IMG/VR virus record: IMGVR_UViG_3300050343_000159
DNA from: a virus
Taxonomy: Duplodnaviria; Caudoviricetes
Reading direction: 5' to 3' (one strand)
DNA: 64,000 nucleotides
The notes under the pieces are model-generated. The model searched no databases. It saw nothing but the letters and a program-made list of their open reading frames with translations, and was not told the origin of the DNA. Below, piece after piece: positions 1 through 9,346 of this stretch. The position numbers were made by a program, and so were the translations under genes. How positions within the stretch are numbered: position 1 is the stretch's first letter; each line of letters starts with the position of its first letter.

Positions 1-2
1 TA

Positions 3-242
3 ATGCATAAATATCAGCAGTTATTTTTAAACAATATGTCAGCAACAGGATCGGCAGCTAAGTCTGCTAGTGGGGCAGCAATGTCAAAGTATGATGTTGA
101 AGTAGAGGCGAGACTGAAGGCACTTGAGAAAGCAGTTAAGGAACTGAAGAGCCATTCTCATGAATCTTCAGGTGGTGGTGGAGATACCCAAGCTCAACTA
201 GATGATCTGGTTGAAAGGCTTGGTAGAAAGATGACCTTCTGA
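3..242 (+). CDS. hypothetical protein with short coiled coil (possibly 5'-partial)
   Basis: 79-aa ORF at the window edge; heptad-like EVEARLKALEKAVKELK. Confidence 0.5.
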   Translation: MHKYQQLFLNNMSATGSAAKSASGAAMSKYDVEVEARLKALEKAVKELKSHSHESSGGGGDTQAQLDDLVERLGRKMTF

Positions 243-268
243 TATAATAGAAACAACTACACTATAAC

Positions 269-1321
269 ATGGCACAATATATTAAAAAGGCACTTGTTCT
301 AGGTGCTGGTGGATTCATTGGTTCTCATATGGTCAAGAGACTTAAGTCTGAAGGCTACTGGGTTCGTGGTGTTGATCTTAAAGCCCCTGAGTTCTCTAAA
401 CTGAAGCAGATGAATTCGTTCATGGTGATTTGAGAGATGCATTTTGTAAAACGTTGTTTGAATATAAGGGAGACAGGGGAAACTTTCTATAACTCTGTTC
501 CCTATCGATACATTCAATCCTTTGATGAGATTTATCAGTTTGCAGCTGATATGGGTGGAGCAGGGTTTGTATTCTCAGGTGAGAATGATGCAGATATCAT
601 GCACAACTCTGTGAGTATCAACCTCAATGTTCTAGAAGAACAGAGAAAGAGAAACGAAGCTACTGGTAGAAATTATACCAAGATCTTCTACTCTGGATCT
701 GCTTGCATGTATCCAGAACATAATCAATTAGATCCTGACAACCCAGATTGTAGTGAAGACTCAGCATACCCAGCAAACCCAGACTCCGAATACGGATGGG
801 AGAAGCTCTTCTCCGAGCGTCTGTACTTTGCTTATCATCGTAATCACGGCATCCCTGTTCGGGTTACTCGATATCATAACATCTTCGGACCAGAAGGAAC
901 CTGGGATGGTGGTAGAGAGAAAGCCCCAGCAGCCATCTGTAGAAAGGTAGCACAACTACCTCCTGTTGGTGGTCACATTGAAGTGTGGGGTGATGGTGAA
1001 CAGACACGTTCATTCCTTTATATTGATGAGTGTATTGAAGCCTCCCGTCGTTTGATGGATAGTGAATTTATTGGTCCTGTGAATATTGGTTCAGAGGAAA
1101 TGGTAACTATCAATCAACTAACTGATATCGCTTCTAAGGTAGCAGGTAAACCTATTAAGAGAAATCATAAAATGGATGCACCTCTTGGTGTTCGTGGTAG
1201 GAATAGTAACAATGATGTAGTCCGTCGTGAGTTAGGATGGGACTACGAACAACCCCTTGAAGAAGGGATTCGTAAAACTTATGAATGGATTGAGGCAAGA
1301 GTCAATGAACAGAATCAATGA
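269..1321 (+). CDS. NAD-dependent nucleotide-sugar epimerase (GDP-mannose 3,5-epimerase-like); apparent indels near 400-437
   Basis: ATG 269 gives KALVLGAGGFIGSHMV (Rossmann GxxGxxG). The downstream ORF has FQFAADMGG, YSGSACMYP, YGWEK (YxxxK), RYHNIFGP and WGDGEQTRSF. Confidence 0.85.
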
Positions 1322-2051
1322 TTATAATCAACTCAAGGATGATATTTCTTCTTGGTTGAGTGAATATAAAGATACAAGTTCATCTGAATGTTTTGTAGTT
1401 GGTGTGTCTGGTGGTATTGATTCTGCCGTATCATCAACTCTAGCAGCTGAAACTGGATACCCTGTGTATGCTATAGGGATGCCTATTCATCAAAATGAAC
1501 AACAGAAAGAACTTTCTGAGACACATCTTGATTGGTTGGAAAGGATTTATCCAAATGTGGTTGTATTGAGATATGATCTCACTAATACATTTGAATCTTT
1601 TCGTTATACTATTGGTGTTGACAGTACCAATGTGGACAATCATTCCTTAGCGAATACACGTTCACGACTTCGTATGGTTACTCTGTATCAGATTGCGGGA
1701 AGACATAAAGGTCTTGTGGTTGGAACTGGTAACAAAGTCGAAGATTATGGTGTAGGATTCTACACTAAATATGGTGACGGCGGGGTGGATGTTGCACCTA
1801 TCGCTGATCTTTATAAGACTGAAGTATGGGAACTTGGTAAATTCTTGGGAGTTGACTCAAGGATTGTTGAAGCTAAACCAACTGACGGATTATGGGATGA
1901 TGGACGAACAGATGAGGATCAACTTGGTGCCTCCTATGCTGAACTAGAAGAAGCAATGGAGACTGGTAGTGGTCCTGGTTTGGAAGTTCTACAAAGGTTC
2001 AATAAAATGAACCAACACAAGATGCAACCTATTCCTACATTTACACTATGA
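1305..2051 (+). CDS. nadE: NH3-dependent NAD+ synthetase (single domain)
   Basis: VGVSGGIDSAV PP-loop, NTRSRLRM, GTGNKVED, FYTKYGDG, PIADLYKTEV, PTDGLW..TDEDQLG; likely start MNRIND at 1305. Confidence 0.9.
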   Translation: MNRINDYNQLKDDISSWLSEYKDTSSSECFVVGVSGGIDSAVSSTLAAETGYPVYAIGMPIHQNEQQKELSETHLDWLERIYPNVVVLRYDLTNTFESFRYTIGVDSTNVDNHSLANTRSRLRMVTLYQIAGRHKGLVVGTGNKVEDYGVGFYTKYGDGGVDVAPIADLYKTEVWELGKFLGVDSRIVEAKPTDGLWDDGRTDEDQLGASYAELEEAMETGSGPGLEVLQRFNKMNQHKMQPIPTFTL

Positions 2052-3202
2052 AAATTGGAGTTATTGGAGCAGGCAGATTAGGTATCTGTTTTGCCCTTCT
2101 TTGTGAACAAGCTGGTTATGATGTTCTAGTATCAGATATCCGTGAGGATTATGTAAACGATCTGAACCAGAAGAAGATCACAACTAATGAACCTGAAGTA
2201 GAAGATCTACTCAGAGTATCAAGAAACTTTAGAGCTACGACTAACAACAAAGAAGTAATTGATGAGTGTGATCTCATCTATACTCTTGTGCAAACTCCAT
2301 CTAATGATGATGGATCATATGATGTATCAGCTGTCTGGCAGGTTGTAGAAGAATTTAGTGATGTAAAGAAGAGAAAGTATCTTGTGATTGGTTGCACTAC
2401 CAACCCTGGTGATTGTGATCAGTTTACTTCACAACTTCCTAGTAATGTGAAGGTACTCTATAATCCTGAGTTTATTGCACAGGGTAGTATTGTGAGTGAT
2501 CTTAAGAAGGCCGATATGGTTCTTCTTGGTATTGATCAAACTATGGAGAACGATACAACCGTAAAGGATATCAATAATCTCTACAAGAAGATTCAAATCA
2601 ACAGAGCAATTGTTTGTACTATGAGTACAAAGTCTGCAGAGATTACTAAGATTGCAGTCAATTGTTTCCTTACAACCAAGATTAGTTACGCCAATATGTT
2701 AGGTGATGTCCTTCATATGGCAGGATGTGGTGATGAGGTTACTGCAGTCCTAAGTGCTGTTGGATGTGATAGTCGTATCGGTAAGAAGTATCTTGGTTGG
2801 GGTGTAGGTTATGGTGGTCCTTGTCTTCCTAGAGATAACAGAGCCTTCGCACACTTCGCTAAGGGTGTAGGACTGGAGTATAACCTAGGTTATGTTACAG
2901 ATGGTTTCAATAACGAACACGCGAAGATCGTATGTGATTATTGGGATACAATGAACTCACATAAACTCCCATACTACTTTGAGTATATTACCTACAAGAA
3001 GGGAACAGATATTCTTACAGAGAGTCAACAGTATCGTTTGGCTCTAGACCTCCTAGAGAGAGGACACAAGGTCTATATTCAGAATGACAGAAGGGTCACA
3101 CCTCAAGTGTCTGAATACCTTGACAAAACCTATGGTGATATGGTAAGATTCGTGGACAACAAGTTCAACATCACTGAAGACATCTTTATTGTAAACTTAT
3201 GA
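2048..3202 (+). CDS. ugd: UDP-glucose/GDP-mannose 6-dehydrogenase family
   Basis: IGVIGAGRLG, NPEFIAQG, AEITKIAVN, catalytic GYGGPCLPRD. Confidence 0.85.
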   Translation: MKIGVIGAGRLGICFALLCEQAGYDVLVSDIREDYVNDLNQKKITTNEPEVEDLLRVSRNFRATTNNKEVIDECDLIYTLVQTPSNDDGSYDVSAVWQVVEEFSDVKKRKYLVIGCTTNPGDCDQFTSQLPSNVKVLYNPEFIAQGSIVSDLKKADMVLLGIDQTMENDTTVKDINNLYKKIQINRAIVCTMSTKSAEITKIAVNCFLTTKISYANMLGDVLHMAGCGDEVTAVLSAVGCDSRIGKKYLGWGVGYGGPCLPRDNRAFAHFAKGVGLEYNLGYVTDGFNNEHAKIVCDYWDTMNSHKLPYYFEYITYKKGTDILTESQQYRLALDLLERGHKVYIQNDRRVTPQVSEYLDKTYGDMVRFVDNKFNITEDIFIVNL

Positions 3203-4107
3203 TTGGATATGATCGCCTAGGAACGAATGGTCGTTTCGGTAACCAACTCTTTCAGTATGCAGCACTGAGAGGTATTGCATCAAAACATGGGTATGATTGG
3301 TGTATTCCTCCTGATAGTCATGACACCTATGCTAACTATGGGATGCATCATCCCTTTGAGTTGGTTGGACTGAAACCAGACAACATTGGATTTGTGAATG
3401 AGAATGTCTCACCACAATCTATGTTCTCTTTCCAGGCTCTTAAGGAAACTAATCCTAATACTAAGAATGTAACTGAGGGTGCTTATTGTTTTGATGAAGA
3501 ACTATTCAATAACTTTGAGGACGGAACAAACCTAGATGGTTATCTTCAGACTGAAAAGTATTTCAAACACATCGAACATGAGATTCGTGCAGACTTCGCA
3601 TTCAAGCCAGAGATTCTAGAACCTTGTAATGACTTTATCAGTAATTTTGAGAACATTAATTTTCTCCATGTTCGTCGCGGAGATAATGTGGGTCGTGAAG
3701 ATTATTATCGGATGATGACCTTTGACTACTACACAAGAGCTCTGGAACTATTTCCTGACTCTCATGTGTTGGTATGTTCTGATGATCCTCAGTGGTGTTC
3801 TGAACAAGAGTTCTTTGATGATGAAAGGTTCTTGATTAATACTGATGTTCCTGAGTATGACCATATGTGCCTAGAAGGTGATGGTGGTCGTCGTCGTTCT
3901 AAGGTTCCTTATACTGACCTGTGTCTAATGTCTCTATGTAATGGAGCTATTCTCTCTTCCTCCTCTCTGGGTTGGTGGGGAGCCTGGTTGCAGAAGGGTA
4001 GGACTAACCCCGTAGTGGCTCCTGAACACTGGTATGGACCTGTCCTAGAGGCTGTCAATGATTGTAAAGACCTCTACCCTGACGAGTGGACCGTTATCCC
4101 TAACTAA
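3199..4107 (+). CDS. alpha-1,2-fucosyltransferase-like glycosyltransferase (GT11)
   Basis: GRFGNQLFQYA, GYLQTEKYF, LHVRRGD, SSLGWWGAWL. Confidence 0.85.
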   Translation: MIGYDRLGTNGRFGNQLFQYAALRGIASKHGYDWCIPPDSHDTYANYGMHHPFELVGLKPDNIGFVNENVSPQSMFSFQALKETNPNTKNVTEGAYCFDEELFNNFEDGTNLDGYLQTEKYFKHIEHEIRADFAFKPEILEPCNDFISNFENINFLHVRRGDNVGREDYYRMMTFDYYTRALELFPDSHVLVCSDDPQWCSEQEFFDDERFLINTDVPEYDHMCLEGDGGRRRSKVPYTDLCLMSLCNGAILSSSSLGWWGAWLQKGRTNPVVAPEHWYGPVLEAVNDCKDLYPDEWTVIPN

Positions 4108-4108
4108 T

Positions 4109-4930
4109 ATGAGACACGATCTTAAAGACACCACTTTCATCATTCCCATTTGTATCGAATCAGAAGATCGAATGAGGAATGTGATCACTACATTGTGTTA
4201 TCTCCTTGAGAACTTTGATACAAAGGTTATCCTCAAGGAGGTTGACACTGAATCAGTATTTCAACAACAGTGTCTCCCTCAGATCTCTGAGTATGTGGAG
4301 GATGGGATTGAGAACTTAACTCATATCTTTGAGAAGAGTGATCCTGCTGACAATATGTTCTATCGTATGAGATATCTCAATGAGATGTTGAGTATGTGTG
4401 AAACAGAGGTAGTTGCTAACTATGATTGCGATGTTTTACTACCTATTAATACATACCTAGAAGCACAAAAGTTTATTACTGAAGGAGGTTATGATGTCAT
4501 CTATCCTTATGGACAGGGACCATGGCAAAAGAAAGTATATGCTACCGATGAAATGGTATCTAAATTTCTATCTAACGACTGTAAGTTCTCACATCTAGAG
4601 AAGAAGGTAGAGATTGATAATGCAGAGAGTGGCCACGCACAGTTCATTCGTAGGTCAACATACATTGAAGCTGGTATGGAGAATGAAAACTTCATCTCAT
4701 ACTCACCAGAAGATAAGGAGAGACTTCATAGGTTCAATATCCTTGGATACAATGTAGGTAGGATTGAGAACTGGGTGTATCACCTAGAACATATGAGAAC
4801 TCATAACTCATGGTTAAATAATCCACACATGCAAAACAACTTTGCCTTGTGGGAGTTTCTCAAACCTTTGAGTGAAGAAGAACTTAGGCAATACTACAAA
4901 GAACAGAAGTATCTCAAGAAGTATACATGA
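4109..4930 (+). CDS. glycosyltransferase (GT-A fold, GT2/GT7-like)
   Basis: TTFIIPI, NYDCDVLL (DxD), GMENENF, YHLEH; likely start MRHDLK. Confidence 0.65.
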   Translation: MRHDLKDTTFIIPICIESEDRMRNVITTLCYLLENFDTKVILKEVDTESVFQQQCLPQISEYVEDGIENLTHIFEKSDPADNMFYRMRYLNEMLSMCETEVVANYDCDVLLPINTYLEAQKFITEGGYDVIYPYGQGPWQKKVYATDEMVSKFLSNDCKFSHLEKKVEIDNAESGHAQFIRRSTYIEAGMENENFISYSPEDKERLHRFNILGYNVGRIENWVYHLEHMRTHNSWLNNPHMQNNFALWEFLKPLSEEELRQYYKEQKYLKKYT

Positions 4931-5733
4931 TTGGTTTTAACTACCTAGGAAAACTAGGACAACTTGGTAATCAGATGTTCCAGTATGCATCACTCATTGG
5001 TGTTGCAGATAAGATTGGAACATCTTTTTGTATCCCACATCATCATGAAGTGATGGTTGACAACCTGGGAAATAGACTTAGGATAGAGTTGTTTGATGCA
5101 TTTGATATCAAACCAGATAGGGTTGGATTTATTCCTACTGATAAGAACTATCAAGAAGGAGAGTTCACTTTTGAAGAGGGAGCATTTCAGATTGACACTG
5201 AACATGACACATGTCTGATTGGTTTCTTTCAAACCGACAGATACTTTAGACACATTCAAGATCGTATCAGATCAGAGTTTACATTCAAGAATGAAATTAA
5301 AGAGGAGTGTCAGGATATCGTGGATTGTTTTGACAATCCTGTTGCTTTGCATATTCGTAGAGGTGATTATCTCATTAATAGTGGTAATCATCACAACCTT
5401 TCTGATGATTATTATGAACATGCATTGAAAGAGTTTGACGAAGATCGACAGGTTGTCATCTTTACTGATGACCCTGAGTGGGCATTGAACAACCCTCTCT
5501 TTGGAAGTGATAGATTCATCGTATCAGAAGGTAATGGTCCTTATCATGACCTGTATATGATGACACAGTGTAGTGATTTTATTATCTCTAACTCTACATT
5601 CTCATGGTGGGGAGCTTGGTTGGCTGACAAAGGTAAGGTGGTAGCACCCGAGACTTGGTTTGGTCCTAACAACTCAGATAAATCTACAAGGGATTTGTAT
5701 CCCGAACATTGGACAATTATTCCTCAATCATAA
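4927..5733 (+). CDS. alpha-1,2-fucosyltransferase-like glycosyltransferase (GT11), second copy
   Basis: GQLGNQMFQYA, GFFQTDRYF, LHIRRGDY, NSTFSWWGAWL. Confidence 0.85.
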   Translation: MIGFNYLGKLGQLGNQMFQYASLIGVADKIGTSFCIPHHHEVMVDNLGNRLRIELFDAFDIKPDRVGFIPTDKNYQEGEFTFEEGAFQIDTEHDTCLIGFFQTDRYFRHIQDRIRSEFTFKNEIKEECQDIVDCFDNPVALHIRRGDYLINSGNHHNLSDDYYEHALKEFDEDRQVVIFTDDPEWALNNPLFGSDRFIVSEGNGPYHDLYMMTQCSDFIISNSTFSWWGAWLADKGKVVAPETWFGPNNSDKSTRDLYPEHWTIIPQS

Positions 5734-7316
5734 TGACTTGGAACTTACTTACAGTATCATTTGGTAATAATAAGTATAGGAGAGGACAATCTTTTCTAAA
5801 CAAACTATCAAAACAGTTAGGTGTAAATCACTTTGCTGTTGATGAGGAGTCACTTTTTAACTCCGAGATCTACAAAGAGAATGAGGAGTGGTTCTCGAAG
5901 AAAAATAACTATGGTCACTTTGCTTGGAAACCATACTTTCTCCTACAGACTATGGAGAAGTTAGAAGAGGGTGATAAGATTCTAGCACTAGATGCTCTTG
6001 ATATCTTTCATCCTGAAATCTTTAAAGCTGTCGATGATATCTGGGAGGGTGACCCATGTCTCCTTCCATTAGGTAATTCAGTTCAAGGTGAATACACTAA
6101 GAGAGATTGTTTTCATTACATGGATTGTGATGAAGAGGATTACTGGGAGTCTAAACAACTCGAAGCTGGTTTTACATTCTGGAAAGTGTGTGATGAGTCA
6201 AAGAAGATTCTGAAAGACTGGTTGAAGTGGTGTCTAGATGAAAGAACTAATGGTGAAGTTACTACATTCTCTGGTAAGGGAGAGTTGGATGGATTCGAAG
6301 AGGTTCGTCATGATCAAAGTATCCTTACTAACATTGCTATTCGTGATGGACTCCCAGTAGTTGGTAGTGACATTCGTAACTTTATTGAGTGTAATGCTGA
6401 CTACTGGTATGAGAGATACAACAAAGGAATTGTTTCTCTCTATCGTCCTATTGATCAGTTCCTTGTAAGTATCAAAGACCAGGTTGATTATATAAAACCA
6501 GAACCAGTCGATAGTTTGATCCTTACAGTCCATAATCAAGAAGATATCATTGAGGATGTATTGAAAGGTATTGAGGATAATACTGATGGTAACTATGAGT
6601 TGATTGTAGTTGTGGATGGTTGCACTGATAAATCAGAAAAAGTCATCACAGACTATTTGAAAAACTCTGAGATTACTAATTCTGTAATCAATACACCAGA
6701 TGTATTTGAGACAAAGGCAAACAACGCTGGTCTCAAATTGGCTCAAGGTAAATATGTAACTATCATCCAAGATGATATGGTCATTCGTGAGAAGGGTTGG
6801 AATACTCGTATGAGGAAACCCTTTGAAGCGTTTGATGATGTGTTTGCTGTGACTGCTAGAACTGCACACAACTATAAGTTCAATCCAAACTCCACACATC
6901 TTGGAATGGAGGAAGACTTGGATAACTGTTGGTGTGATATTGTAGATCCATGTGACGAAGCAAATCAATCAAACATTGATAGAAACACATTTGCTGTAAG
7001 AGGTACAGTAAATCGTGGTCCTCTGATGATCAATAGTGAGGATCTTAGAAAGATGAATTACTTTGATGAGGAGTTCTCACCACAGGATATGGATGATCAT
7101 GATCTCATGTTCCGTATGAGAAAGAAACTCAATAAGGTTGTTGGTTGTTATTGGATTGATTTTGTATCAGATCCAAGTTGGGGTGGAACTCGTAAGGAGA
7201 CTGGAGAACCAGCACCATGGTTGTATAAATCACAACACAAAAACAGTAAAATATTCTACAAGAGAAACAAAGATAATCTTGAGAGAATCATTATTAACAG
7301 GGAGTTACCAGAATGA
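5733..7316 (+). CDS. two-domain glycosyltransferase (N-terminal RHDQSIL domain + C-terminal GT2)
   Basis: N-half has FAWKPY and RHDQSILT. C-half has LTVHNQE, VVDGCTD, ANNAGL, IQDD and FDEEF..DDHDL. Confidence 0.7.
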   Translation: MTWNLLTVSFGNNKYRRGQSFLNKLSKQLGVNHFAVDEESLFNSEIYKENEEWFSKKNNYGHFAWKPYFLLQTMEKLEEGDKILALDALDIFHPEIFKAVDDIWEGDPCLLPLGNSVQGEYTKRDCFHYMDCDEEDYWESKQLEAGFTFWKVCDESKKILKDWLKWCLDERTNGEVTTFSGKGELDGFEEVRHDQSILTNIAIRDGLPVVGSDIRNFIECNADYWYERYNKGIVSLYRPIDQFLVSIKDQVDYIKPEPVDSLILTVHNQEDIIEDVLKGIEDNTDGNYELIVVVDGCTDKSEKVITDYLKNSEITNSVINTPDVFETKANNAGLKLAQGKYVTIIQDDMVIREKGWNTRMRKPFEAFDDVFAVTARTAHNYKFNPNSTHLGMEEDLDNCWCDIVDPCDEANQSNIDRNTFAVRGTVNRGPLMINSEDLRKMNYFDEEFSPQDMDDHDLMFRMRKKLNKVVGCYWIDFVSDPSWGGTRKETGEPAPWLYKSQHKNSKIFYKRNKDNLERIIINRELPE

Positions 7317-7954
7317 CATACAGTAAAAGGTTTAGTAGTAAGTTCTTTGCTAAGATGTTACAACCAGCAGGACCAAATAATCCTGTAAGAGATAGGGCAA
7401 CTTCCCTCTCTATGGTGTTTGAGATCTTAGATGAGAAGAAGAATAAAGACTTCTTCATTGTAGAGACAGGATGTATGAGAGCAGACCATGGTCAACTTGC
7501 TCTTGGTGATGATGGAGCTAGTACCTACATCTTTGATGACTTCATTAACTACTATGATGGTGAAGTAGCTTCAGTGGATATCAATCCAGATAATGTGGCA
7601 CACGCTCAGAAGATGGTATCTGACAAGACACAGGTGTATTGTAGTGATTCAGTAGAGTTTTTATGGAACATTCCTGCGAAGAGAAAGATTGACCTATTGT
7701 ATCTTGACTCATTTGATTTTGAACCAGAAGATCCTATTCCTTCACAGAAACATCATCTTAAGGAACTCACAGCAGTCATGAAAAACTTGAGGAAAGGTAG
7801 TATAATTATAGTTGATGACAACCTTAATACCCCTGAGTTTGAATGGTTCACCAAGATTGCACAAGGTGGTAAGGCAGGATTCGTAAAAGAGTTCATGAAA
7901 GACATTGGAGCAGAACTCCTCCTAGACGAGTATCAAATTATTTGGAGGTTATGA
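7313..7954 (+). CDS. class I SAM-dependent methyltransferase
   Basis: IVETGC, SVDI, SDSVEFL, IDLLYLDS, IIVDD. Confidence 0.65.
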   Translation: MTYSKRFSSKFFAKMLQPAGPNNPVRDRATSLSMVFEILDEKKNKDFFIVETGCMRADHGQLALGDDGASTYIFDDFINYYDGEVASVDINPDNVAHAQKMVSDKTQVYCSDSVEFLWNIPAKRKIDLLYLDSFDFEPEDPIPSQKHHLKELTAVMKNLRKGSIIIVDDNLNTPEFEWFTKIAQGGKAGFVKEFMKDIGAELLLDEYQIIWRL

Positions 7955-8246
7955 TGGACGTAAAACTGTTTCGTATTGTCACTGGCGAAGAAGTAATTGC
8001 AGAGGTAGTTGAAGAAAACGCATCTACTGTAACTGTAAGAAATGGACTGGTTGTGATTCCACAGGCACAGAACATTGGGTTTGCACCTTGGGCTACTGTG
8101 GTTAGTAGAGAGAAACCAGAACTCGAAGTTTCTCGCACACATATTGTATATGTTGGTGAGGTAGAACATCTATCAGAGAGAAGTATGATTCTATCTACGG
8201 TAGTAAACTGGTAACACCTGAACCCAAGAGTTTGATTCTCCAATGA
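7951..8246 (+). CDS. conserved small phage protein (beta-rich); apparent indel near 8165
   Basis: GGAGG RBS; VKLFRIVTGEEVIAE; the alternative frame continues to KYDSIYGSKLVTPEPKSLILQ*. Confidence 0.6.
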
Positions 8247-8893
8247 GTTATTTTCAATTTGCTAAGAACTACTATTCTGCCAATGGTGAGGATGGTATCA
8301 CAGAACAACTATTCAAAGATCTCAATATCAATGATGGTGTAGTATGTGAGTTTGGTGCATGGGATGGATTTGACAATAGTAATACTGCATACTTCTGGTT
8401 CACCAAAGACTTCTCAGCTATTTTGATTGAAGGTCTAGAGAGTAGATTTAATCAACTTGTAGGTAACACAAAGGGATTTGATGTAACCTGTATCAAGAAC
8501 ATGATACAAGAGTCTGGTGATGATAGTATTGATAACATTCTTGATCGATCTATGGTGAAGTTGAACGATGATAACTTTGCTTTGATGTCTATTGACATTG
8601 ATTCATTTGACTATTATGTGTTTGGTAGTATCAAGAAGTATCGTCCTAAGGTTTGTATTGTAGAAACCAGTAGTGGATACACACCAGACCAAGACTTTGT
8701 TTCTCGTAACGCTGGTTGTTCTCTAAAGTCTGTAGCAGAACTAGGAGAGACTATTGGATATAAGTGTGTGATCCATACAGGTAATGCATACTTTGTTCGT
8801 GATGATCTAGTTCATCTTTTACCAGACTATGATTATAGTTTAGATGCAATCTATAGCTCTCCATCAGACATTGATTCTAGACAAGTTGTATGA
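8243..8893 (+). CDS. FkbM-like methyltransferase
   Basis: YSANGEDGI, CEFGAWDG, ILIEG, SIDIDSFDY, RPKVCIVE. Confidence 0.6.
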   Translation: MSYFQFAKNYYSANGEDGITEQLFKDLNINDGVVCEFGAWDGFDNSNTAYFWFTKDFSAILIEGLESRFNQLVGNTKGFDVTCIKNMIQESGDDSIDNILDRSMVKLNDDNFALMSIDIDSFDYYVFGSIKKYRPKVCIVETSSGYTPDQDFVSRNAGCSLKSVAELGETIGYKCVIHTGNAYFVRDDLVHLLPDYDYSLDAIYSSPSDIDSRQVV

Positions 8894-9323
8894 TTTTAGA
8901 CATCCTACATGATGGTGATGAGATACTGAAAAGATATCTTGTTCTGTCATTTTAGATGATGAAGTTAGAGAGTTCATTGGATCTATGAAAGAAACAATGA
9001 TCGATGCTAATGGTATAGGTTTAGCTGCACCTCAAGTTGGTAGAAATATCAGAGTCATTGTGGTTAAACTTCAGTATGGTGACATACAAGAGATGATTAA
9101 TCCGGCTATCAAATGGTATTCGGATCACACTGTCAATATTGAGGAAGGATGTTTGAGTATTCCTGGTAAACATATTGAACTTATCAGACCCAGTAAAATC
9201 TCAATATCATTTCAAGATTTGAGTGGTAAATATAAAAGGTGGAAACTAAAATCACTTGAAGCTCGTATAGTTCAACATGAGATCGATCACTTAGATGGAG
9301 TATTGATGACGGATTATGAGTGA
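8890..9323 (+). CDS. def: peptide deformylase; apparent indel near 8935
   Basis: All three PDF motifs: GIGLAAPQVG, EEGCLS and QHEIDHLDG. N-terminal MILDILHDGDEIL lies in another frame. Confidence 0.9.
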
Positions 9324-9346
9324 TAAAATTATTCTGAGGAAGAGAA

